DNA of 32,000 nt from Candidatus Methylomirabilis oxygeniifera (lineage in GTDB: Bacteria; Methylomirabilota; Methylomirabilia; Methylomirabilales; Methylomirabilaceae): assembly GCA_000091165.1 (NCBI GenBank), contig FP565575.1:2100001-2132000 (forward strand), written 5' to 3'. The notes beneath the pieces are model-generated. The model was not told the origin of the DNA. It worked only from the letters and a program-made list of their open reading frames with translations, and made no database searches. This document shows, in pieces, positions 23,572-31,085 of this stretch. Made by a program: the position numbers and the translations under genes. Numbering within the stretch: the first letter of the stretch is position 1; every line of letters begins with the position of its first letter.

Positions 23572-25290
23572 ATGCGTTGGACGAGATCACTGATTCCGAC
23601 ACTGAAAGAAGAGCCCGCTGAAGCCGAAGCGATCAGTCACAAGCTGATGGTCCGCGCCGGTCTGGTCCGACAGCTTGCGGCCGGGATCTACATCACCCTC
23701 CCGCTTGGCCAGCGAGTGATGGATAAGATCAGTGCCATCATCCGCGAGGAGATGAACCGGATCGACGGCCAGGAGATCACCATGCCGGTCCTGCACCCGG
23801 CGGAGCTGTGGCAGCAGACCGGGCGATGGGCCACGATCGGCGAGGAGATGTTTCGGCTGTACGATCGCGGCAAGCGACAGATGTGTCTGGGGATGACCCA
23901 CGAAGAGGTTGTCGCCTGGCTCGCGGCGCGCGAGATCCGATCCTACCGAGACCTCCCGCAGACCTGGTATCAGATCCAGACTAAGTTGCGGGATGAAGCA
24001 AGACCCAAGAGCGGCGTCCTGCGGACGCGGGAATTCGTGATGAAGGACTCCTACTCATTGGATAGGGACGACGCGGGACTGGAGAAGAGCTACGAACTCC
24101 ACAAGGAGGCATATTGCCGCATCTTCACGCGGTGCGGCCTATCGTTTCATGCTGTCGAAAGCGACCCGGGGATGATGGGCGGCGCAGTCGCGCACGAGTT
24201 CATGGCGCCGAGCGAAGCCGGGGAGGATGAGATTGCCCTGTGCGATCGCTGCGGCTACTCGGCCAATATCGAACTGGCTGTCTCCAGGCCGCGAAGCCCG
24301 GTCTTCACGACGTGGGACCTGGAGGAGATCGCCACGCCGGGCGCCGGAACCATCGAAGAGGTGTGCCGCCTTCTGCAGATCGATCCGGCCGTAACGATCA
24401 AGTCGTTGCTGCTCATCACAACAGATGGTCCGCTCCTGGCCCTCCTGAGAGGCGATCAGCAGCTCCACGAGAAAAAGCTGGCGAAGGTGGTTGGAGAGGC
24501 TCGCTCGGCTCATCGCGACGAAATTCTGACGTACCTCCGGGTCGGACCCGGTAGCATCGGTCCCGTCGGAGTGGACCTGCCCATCATTGCGGATGAGTCG
24601 TTGCGCGAAGGTCGATATGTGGCCGGAGCCAACAAGGATGGGTTCCATCTCCGCGGTATTGCGCCAGGCGTCCACTTTCAGCCACGTTGGGCCGATATCC
24701 ACCAGGTGTCAAATGGAGATCGGTGTCCACATTGCGAGGGCAGTCTGCGTATCGAACGCGTGATCGAGATAGGGAACATCTTCAGGCTCGGAACGAAATA
24801 CTCCATCCCTATGAAGGCGGTCTATCTGAGTGAAGCGGGTGAGGAATATCCCATCGTGATGGGAAGCTACGGGATCGGGCTGGCGCGCATTGCGGCTGCG
24901 GCGGTCGAACAGCACCATGACGATCTGGGGATTATCTGGCCTTCGGCTATCGCACCCTTTCAACTCCATCTGCTGCCGGTCAATATGCGCGACCAGAAGA
25001 TGGCGGAGTTGGCGGAGGCACTCTATAGTCAACTCCAGCAGGCCGGGATCGAGACCCTCTACGATGACCGTGATGAGCGAGCTGGTGTGAAGTTCAAGGA
25101 CGCGGACCTGCTCGGCCTCCCCATGCGAATGACCATCGGAACCCGCACCCTTAAGGAGGGCATGGTTGACCTGAAGATACGAAAGACCGCTAAGGAGGTG
25201 CAGATCCCGCTCTCGGAAGCGGTCTCTACAGTGCACTCCCTTCTTTCCAGACCCGCCAAACTAGCGCCACCAAAAGCAACCCCCCCATGA
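23572..25290 (+). CDS. proS: Prolyl-tRNA synthetase (bacterial type with insertion/editing domain)
   Basis: 572 aa. The N-terminus reads MRWTRSLIPTLKEEPAEAEAISHKLMVRAG. Class II motifs are present (...FRDEARPKSGVLRTREFVMKD..., ...GSYGIGLARI...), followed by a C-terminal anticodon-binding domain. Confidence 0.95.
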   Translation: MRWTRSLIPTLKEEPAEAEAISHKLMVRAGLVRQLAAGIYITLPLGQRVMDKISAIIREEMNRIDGQEITMPVLHPAELWQQTGRWATIGEEMFRLYDRGKRQMCLGMTHEEVVAWLAAREIRSYRDLPQTWYQIQTKLRDEARPKSGVLRTREFVMKDSYSLDRDDAGLEKSYELHKEAYCRIFTRCGLSFHAVESDPGMMGGAVAHEFMAPSEAGEDEIALCDRCGYSANIELAVSRPRSPVFTTWDLEEIATPGAGTIEEVCRLLQIDPAVTIKSLLLITTDGPLLALLRGDQQLHEKKLAKVVGEARSAHRDEILTYLRVGPGSIGPVGVDLPIIADESLREGRYVAGANKDGFHLRGIAPGVHFQPRWADIHQVSNGDRCPHCEGSLRIERVIEIGNIFRLGTKYSIPMKAVYLSEAGEEYPIVMGSYGIGLARIAAAAVEQHHDDLGIIWPSAIAPFQLHLLPVNMRDQKMAELAEALYSQLQQAGIETLYDDRDERAGVKFKDADLLGLPMRMTIGTRTLKEGMVDLKIRKTAKEVQIPLSEAVSTVHSLLSRPAKLAPPKATPP

Positions 25291-25466
25291 GGAGAACCGG
25301 ATCTCTATTGGGGGGGGTCGCTGACTTTACGCGTATTTGACTATATACTACAGCTTGACGACGTTAAATGCGGGAGGAGCCTATGGCAATCCGGAATTTG
25401 CCGTAGGAACGGGGATCTCATACATCAATTGGAAGGGAGAACCAGTGAGGCCCTTGTTGCCCCCAG

Positions 25467-26243
25467 TCAGGCTGGTTTCTTCCGCCTGCCGTTCATATAG
25501 TATTTGACGCCACCCACCAAGGCGCAAATAGCCAATAATGTGATCGCCAACTGGAACCCCAGATTCGACACCAGCCAAGGCAGGCGACTGTGTGCCCTTA
25601 CCGCCAGGCCTACGGAAAACGGGAAGCTGTAGGTATGGTCTACAGCTTTGATCTGGGCCTCTGTAGGATCGGTTCCGGGTCCATGGGTATGGCTGACTCG
25701 CTGCCATTCTCCAACCTCTGAGCCTCGATGAGGCTTGTGGGCAATGCCAGGTCCCGCCTTCTCCAGTGTCATGAGGGCAATGTAGTGCCCGGGCTTGGTG
25801 ATTTCGGTATCGATCCTGATCGACCCATCACCGTAAACAGCCGCGGGAAGGGAAAAAACAGCGTGGGAGTGTCCGCCACCTTCAGTGTCCTCGTGAGCCG
25901 CAACAGCCTCAACAATTCGAACCGAGATGGGAAGCGCTCGCATCTCCTCATTATACAGGTCAAACGCGATCGACAACTTGCCTGTCTTCGGGACCCCTTC
26001 ACAGTAAGACTGGAACTCCTTCTTGACCTGCTCCGACCCCACTTCGTGCATCAGCGGAATCATTCCCGCGCCGATAAGCTCCTGATAGGCAGTGAAGTGA
26101 ACGGTATAATGGCCCTTCACTGCGGTGCAAGCATCTGCCGCATCCCAGTCACCCATCACATCGCCACCGCCGTGACCAAAGGCCTGAGATGCCACAAAAA
26201 CCGGCACGAGCACGACCGAGAATAACAACATCAAGCGCTTCAT
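25467..26243 (-). CDS. Secreted, C-terminally membrane-anchored His-rich protein; putative PmoD/AmoD-like periplasmic copper protein (paralogue 2)
   Basis: 258 aa, with AAAGGAGAGGAG SD. The signal peptide ends ...VASQAFG and is followed by HGGGD. It carries C39-x7-T-x-H49, EFQSYC, VRIVEA, SHTH, HTYSFPFSVGL, a C-terminal TM helix and RRKK. It is collinear with 3803-4567. Confidence 0.85.
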   Translation of the reverse strand: MKRLMLLFSVVLVPVFVASQAFGHGGGDVMGDWDAADACTAVKGHYTVHFTAYQELIGAGMIPLMHEVGSEQVKKEFQSYCEGVPKTGKLSIAFDLYNEEMRALPISVRIVEAVAAHEDTEGGGHSHAVFSLPAAVYGDGSIRIDTEITKPGHYIALMTLEKAGPGIAHKPHRGSEVGEWQRVSHTHGPGTDPTEAQIKAVDHTYSFPFSVGLAVRAHSRLPWLVSNLGFQLAITLLAICALVGGVKYYMNGRRKKPA

Positions 26244-26267
26244 TACCGTTGCACTCCTCTCCTTTCT

Positions 26268-26296
26268 AATGTAGAGCGCTCATTCTTTACCGTCAA
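26268..26296 (-). promoter_or_regulatory. Sigma-70-like promoter for PmoD-like paralogue 2
   Basis: Minus strand reads TTGACG (26296-26291), 17-nt spacer, TACATT (26273-26268). It lies about 25 nt upstream of the ATG. Confidence 0.5.
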
Positions 26297-26343
26297 GCCT
26301 AATTTCCACACTACCGACAGCAGGCGAGATGCTCTCCGAACGA

Positions 26344-27756
26344 TCACCGTGACCCATCCGGCTTGCCGGGCAGACCGGGTTCGGTCAGTTTCACGGGGTC
26401 AAGGATCTCGGCTATCTGAGCCTCAGTAAGCAGTTTTTCCTCGCGGACGATGTCAATGATCGTTTTCTGCTCTCGTATAGCTCGCTTTACTACCTCGGCG
26501 ACCCTGGCATAGCCGACTAACACATTCAATGCCGTCGCCAACGCCATACTACGCTCAGCATAGCGGTGGCATCGGTCGACGTCGGCAACGATGCCGCCGA
26601 CACAGCGGTCAATGAAGACCCGTATAGCGTTTTTCAGGATTTCGATCGACTGGTGGAGATTATAGGCTAGGACCGGCATCATGACGTTCAGCTCAAGCTG
26701 TCCGGCCTGAACCGCCATCGAGACGGTCAGATCGTTGCCGATGACCTGGAAGCAGACCATGTTCAGCATCTCGGCCATAGACGGGTTAATCTTACCCGGC
26801 ATGATCGAGGAGCCCGGTTGCACCGCAGGCAGCTTGATCTCAGCCAACCCGGTGGTGGGACCTGAGGTCAGCAGGCGCAGATCGTTGCAGATTCGTGTCA
26901 ATTCAAGCGCAAGCAGCCTCAGGGCTGATGAGGCCTCGGCGATCGGGAGGTTCGACTGCATCGCTTCGCGCATGTCTGGCGCATTGCGCCACTCGATCCC
27001 CGTCCAGGCACATAGGTACTCCACCAGCCTGGCACGATACCGCGGGTGAGTGTTCAGGCCTGTACCGACGGCACTTCCGCCGATTCCCAACTCTTCAAGC
27101 GATCGCGCTGCGACAGCAATCCGCTCCCGACATTTTCCGATGGTCACCGCGTAGGCTGCGAACTCTTGACCCAGTCGGATAGGAACCGCATCCTGTAGAT
27201 GCGTTCGAGCCGACTTCAGGATGCCGTCAAATTCACTCGCTTTCTCAGCCAGGGCGGTCTTCAGATCCCCCAGGACCGGCAACAGCTCTGCCAACAGTAG
27301 ACGAGCGGCCATCCGCATGGCGGTTGGAAAGACATCATTGGTGGACTGGGCCATATTGACATGGTCATTGGGATGAACAATGGTATAGTCACCCTTCTGT
27401 CCCCCAAGGAGTTCGATAGCCCGGTTGGCCAGGACCTCGTTGGCATTCATGTTAAAAGAGGTGCCCGCTCCCATTTGATAGACATCTACAACAAACTGAT
27501 CTTGGAGCTTGCCGGCTAAGACCTCGTCGGCCGCCGCTGTGATCACCCTGCTGATCGCCGGCTTCAAGAGTTCCAAGTCGGTGTTGACCAGCGCGGCCGC
27601 CTTCTTCACCAGGACGATCGCCTCCACCATCCGTGAGTGCATCCTGAGCCCGCTAATGGGGAAATTTTCCATCGCCCTCACCGATTGCAGGCCATAGTAC
27701 GCCTCGACCGGAACCGCCTTCTCCCCCAATACATCCTTCTCGATCCGCGTCGCCAT
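26344..27756 (-). CDS. aspA: Aspartate ammonia-lyase (class II fumarase/aspartase superfamily)
   Basis: The start was moved to ATG 27756 (GGGAGAG SD) within ORF 26344-27798. The N-terminus reads MATRIEKDVLGEKAVPVEAYYGLQSVRAMENFPISG and the signature GSSIMPGKINP is present. The aspartase versus fumarase call rests on N-terminal resemblance only. Confidence 0.8.
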   Translation of the reverse strand: MATRIEKDVLGEKAVPVEAYYGLQSVRAMENFPISGLRMHSRMVEAIVLVKKAAALVNTDLELLKPAISRVITAAADEVLAGKLQDQFVVDVYQMGAGTSFNMNANEVLANRAIELLGGQKGDYTIVHPNDHVNMAQSTNDVFPTAMRMAARLLLAELLPVLGDLKTALAEKASEFDGILKSARTHLQDAVPIRLGQEFAAYAVTIGKCRERIAVAARSLEELGIGGSAVGTGLNTHPRYRARLVEYLCAWTGIEWRNAPDMREAMQSNLPIAEASSALRLLALELTRICNDLRLLTSGPTTGLAEIKLPAVQPGSSIMPGKINPSMAEMLNMVCFQVIGNDLTVSMAVQAGQLELNVMMPVLAYNLHQSIEILKNAIRVFIDRCVGGIVADVDRCHRYAERSMALATALNVLVGYARVAEVVKRAIREQKTIIDIVREEKLLTEAQIAEILDPVKLTEPGLPGKPDGSR

Positions 27757-28037
27757 CTCGTTCTCTCCCGAGGTTACACGGTGTGACCTGCCGCTCATGC
27801 AGAATGAAGGCGAATACCCCTCGTTTACGCCGAAGCTTCGGCAAGACCGGCACCCTGTCTTTCAAGTTGATGAGGGCAATGACCCGGCCGCCGGAGAGCC
27901 GAGCAGCCGGTAATCGGCAGGCAGAGCCGCTCGGCGGTGCACACAGAATAGCATGATGGTCCAATATACGATATTCGATTTTATGCCGGGTTTCTTCGAC
28001 TGTACGATGACCTTACTCAAATCCGTAGTAAGGGGGA

Positions 28038-28067
28038 TTGCATTGTCGAGGATCAATACGATACAAT
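28038..28067 (+). promoter_or_regulatory. Sigma-70-like promoter for hao, overlapped by a 7-bp inverted repeat
   Basis: TTGCAT (28038-28043), 18-nt spacer, TACAAT (28062-28067). The inverted repeat GCATTGT..ACAATGC spans the -35 to the -10. Confidence 0.55.
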
Positions 28068-28133
28068 GCCGTCTATCCGGAGAACAATCATCGTCCGTTC
28101 GGCGGGATGCAGGAAAAGCCGGGACACGTTGTC

Positions 28134-29495
28134 ATGAGGCATAGCAATCGAAGGTGGAAATGGCGACTGGTTCTCGCAGTCGCTGCCTTGCTCGCGGCCG
28201 CACTACCGTGGGGTTCAGCCGTAGCGGCGGACCGCCCGTATTTGTCGCATGGGGCCGGCGCCTATCGGGATCAGTGGCAAGCACCCTCGGTCTATCAATG
28301 GCTCGATCCGAATCTCTTTACCTCCAACAATCCCATTCAGGGGGTCTTCAACGGGGAGGCATGTGTTGCCTGCCATGCCGGGGTTACGCCGACGATCGTC
28401 AACGATTGGAAAATCAGCAGACACGCGCCGGCCAAGGTCTACTGTACGGCCTGTCATGGCAACGACCACCAGAAGCTCTCCATGCCGAAACCGGAGACCT
28501 GCGAAGGGTGCCACAAGACCCAGGTCTCCCAATATAAGGAGGAGTTGAAAGCCGGCCACCCGGCTCATGCGCGCGCCATGGACCCTGACGTATATCGCAA
28601 TGCATGGCAGATGCATAAGCCGCAGGCCGAGGTCGTCGGATGCGCCCAGTGCCATCGGATCGGGAGCGTCGGGTGCGATAGCTGCCACACGCGCCATAAA
28701 TTCTCGGCGGCTGAAGCCCGCAAACCCAGCGCGTGCATGAGCTGTCACAGCGGGGTCGATCATCGGGACTACGAGGTCTGGGAGAACTCCAAGCACGGCA
28801 ACATCTGGCAGGCTGAGACACAGGACACGGATTGGACCACGCCGCTCCAACGCGGTAACTACCGGTTCCCCACCTGCGCCTACTGCCATATGCCCGGAGG
28901 CGACCACAACACGGTGCGTAACACTGTCTATGCAGGCATGGGGACACAGGAGGTCAACCGCGGGGCGCCGGAACATCAGGCCAAGCGGGACCGGTGGATC
29001 GGAGTATGCGGCGATTGCCACTCCTCCAGATTTGCTCGAGCACAGCTTGATTACATGGATGAAGCCGTCAGCGTCAGCTTCAAGAAGGTGCGGGAGGCAA
29101 AACGGATTCTCGAGGATCTGTACAAAGAGGGGATCATGGAACCGATGCCGCAGTTCCTGGCCCCAGGATGGAAGGGCGGGCATGCGGCGGCCTTTGGCGG
29201 CATGAACTATAACGTTCCGGCCATCGAGCGGCTCTTTTATGAAATGGTCGCCTTTGCCACCACTAATACGTTTAAAGGGGCGGCGCACGGCTCAGGCGGC
29301 GCCGCCACGTATACCTTCGGCGCCTTCGAGGCCGACAAGTACCTGGCCGCCATCAAGAGCGAGGCCGAGAAGATGCGGCGGATGGCCAAAATCGAACAGA
29401 AGGTCGGCGTGCCGTATCAACCGTCAGAGTTCTGGAAGCACGGCGAGTACACCGATACCCTCAAGGTTATCAAGGAACCGAAAGATGAGCGCTGA
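28134..29495 (+). CDS. hao: Octahaem cytochrome c, hydroxylamine oxidoreductase (HAO)-like
   Basis: Eight CxxCH motifs: CVACH, CTACH, CEGCH, CAQCH, CDSCH, CMSCH, CAYCH, CGDCH. The signal peptide is MRHSNRRWKWRLVLAVAALLAAALPWGSAVAA. A ...CGDCHSSRFARAQLDYMDEAV segment is typical of HAO. ATG 28134 was chosen (alternative 28107); the track start 28038 coincides with the predicted promoter -35. Confidence 0.9.
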   Translation: MRHSNRRWKWRLVLAVAALLAAALPWGSAVAADRPYLSHGAGAYRDQWQAPSVYQWLDPNLFTSNNPIQGVFNGEACVACHAGVTPTIVNDWKISRHAPAKVYCTACHGNDHQKLSMPKPETCEGCHKTQVSQYKEELKAGHPAHARAMDPDVYRNAWQMHKPQAEVVGCAQCHRIGSVGCDSCHTRHKFSAAEARKPSACMSCHSGVDHRDYEVWENSKHGNIWQAETQDTDWTTPLQRGNYRFPTCAYCHMPGGDHNTVRNTVYAGMGTQEVNRGAPEHQAKRDRWIGVCGDCHSSRFARAQLDYMDEAVSVSFKKVREAKRILEDLYKEGIMEPMPQFLAPGWKGGHAAAFGGMNYNVPAIERLFYEMVAFATTNTFKGAAHGSGGAATYTFGAFEADKYLAAIKSEAEKMRRMAKIEQKVGVPYQPSEFWKHGEYTDTLKVIKEPKDER

Positions 29496-29534
29496 GGGCA
29501 AGGTGACGATCGCTCTCGCGCCATCCTCCTGCAA

Positions 29535-30047
29535 CTACGAGGTTTCGCGCGGCGGTATCTTCACCGTGAGCGCCCTGAGGCGAGTCGGCGTCAGCTCGCT
29601 CCTCAACGTCCAGGCCGGATCGGTAAACTGATCCCTCTTCTTCATCAGCAGCCATTCCTGTCCGGTCTCGCCCCTGGCGAACCGGGCCAGCGTAAAGGCC
29701 CCCTTCAGCTTTCGCCCCTTGAGAATGAAGGCGAATTTCCCTTCTTCGAGCTGAACCTCCGGTGAGGTCGACTCGATCGTCTCGTATGTGCCCTCGTCCC
29801 AGACCACTACCGGTCCGGCGCCGTAGCGGCCTTCCGGAATGATCCCTTCAAAGTCGATATAGTCCACCGGATGGTCGGCAACCATCATGGCCAGCCGCTT
29901 GTCGGCAGGATTCATGGAGGGACCCCTGGGAACCGCCCACGATCTGAGGACTCCCCCCATCTCAAGCCGGAAATCGTAATGCAGGTGCGTCGCTCTGTGC
30001 TCGTGGACGACGAAACGCCGGACGTTCTTGGTAGCCGGCTTCAACAT
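29535..30047 (-). CDS. Stand-alone DNA ligase D 3'-phosphoesterase (PE) domain protein
   Basis: 170 aa with an AAGGAAC..GGAAAG SD region. The product reads ...RRFVVHEHRATHLHYDFRLE...LRSWAVPRGPS...HPVDYIDFEG..., characteristic of the LigD PE domain. No ligase or polymerase domain is attached. Confidence 0.8.
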   Translation of the reverse strand: MLKPATKNVRRFVVHEHRATHLHYDFRLEMGGVLRSWAVPRGPSMNPADKRLAMMVADHPVDYIDFEGIIPEGRYGAGPVVVWDEGTYETIESTSPEVQLEEGKFAFILKGRKLKGAFTLARFARGETGQEWLLMKKRDQFTDPAWTLRSELTPTRLRALTVKIPPRETS

Positions 30048-30377
30048 CTTTCCAGTTCCTTACGGTGGATGGATACGCCGGATTATGTCATACCTGAAGC
30101 GGCATGCGTAAATGCTACGTGACAACCGGAATCGCTTGCCGCAACCAGGTCTGCGTAGTAGAGTACGGAAGCGAAAGCGAAACTGATGGCGAAGTCTGAC
30201 ATGGGCAGGTGACAGTCTTCAGGAATGATCTCGTGTTGGTCGCTTCGTAACACCCCAGCCAACAGAATACCCAGATCGGCCGGCTGACCGAGGCGATGTT
30301 TCAGCGCATGTTTGACGTGGCAAGGCGCTATCCGGGTAGAGACTTGGGTGAACAGACGGGATAACGACACAGCGGAG

Positions 30378-31085
30378 ATGGTCGGAACCGAATCCGGCTC
30401 GCAGCGAGGAATCCTGTTGGATTTCGATCATACGCTCTTTGATACCGATCGCTTCTTCTGGGTCGATCTGAAGGCCGCCTTCGGTCAATTCGGCGTCTCC
30501 GATGACGCCTGGGAGAAGAGCTATGCGACGATCTGGCCATCCGGGTATTCGCTGGCAAAGCATGTGGAGGAACTCGGCAGGCTGGGCGCTATCGCATCCG
30601 CCTCCGTGGCCTCTGCAATGCACGCGACCCTCGAACGTACCTTTTCCAACCTGCGTCCGTACCTGTTCCCGGATGTTGTCGAGTTTCTGAATGCGGCGCG
30701 TTATCGAGCGTTCGATCTGATCTTACTCTCCTTTGGCGACCCGGCTTGGCAAACCTATAAGGTGCAAGCCGCCGGGCTGATCCCCTACTTCACACAAATC
30801 ATCTATACACCCCACGAAAAAGGGAAGGCAGGGATGCTCGCTACGCTCGCTCCGGCGTATTTGGAACTTCGTGCGATCGACAATAACCCGACCGACCTTG
30901 ATGCCATGAAGACGTCGACCCCTCGTCTGCAGACTTATCTGATCTGTCGCGTAGACCCATCCGCAATAGAGAAAGCTGATCCATCGCTTCGGGAACGCTT
31001 CCGCGAGGCCGCCAGGTATCCAACCATCCCCTCCCGCTTGCCGCACCGGCAATGCCGGAGCCTGAATGAGGTGTCGCTTTCATGA
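30378..31085 (+). CDS. HAD-superfamily hydrolase/phosphatase
   Basis: The start was moved to ATG 30378 within ORF 30312-31085, which places the HAD motif I (LLDFDHTLFDT) near the N-terminus. Its stop overlaps the next gene's start (ATGA). Confidence 0.65.
   Translation: MVGTESGSQRGILLDFDHTLFDTDRFFWVDLKAAFGQFGVSDDAWEKSYATIWPSGYSLAKHVEELGRLGAIASASVASAMHATLERTFSNLRPYLFPDVVEFLNAARYRAFDLILLSFGDPAWQTYKVQAAGLIPYFTQIIYTPHEKGKAGMLATLAPAYLELRAIDNNPTDLDAMKTSTPRLQTYLICRVDPSAIEKADPSLRERFREAARYPTIPSRLPHRQCRSLNEVSLS

Noticed and set aside
27845-27862. Possible sigma-54 element cGGCACcctgtcTTTC upstream of hao
   Set aside because: The -12 region lacks the GC dinucleotide at the required GG-N10-GC spacing. 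A good sigma-70 promoter is available closer to the gene.
28215-29288. 357-aa ORF on the minus strand
   Set aside because: It is antisense to the octahaem hao gene, whose eight CxxCH motifs fix the true frame.
30083-30623. Minus-strand ORFs of 95 and 134 aa between the LigD-PE and HAD genes
   Set aside because: They have no SD and no motifs, and they partly overlap the HAD gene antisense. The region is treated as a divergent promoter spacer, although the 95-aa ORF cannot be formally excluded.
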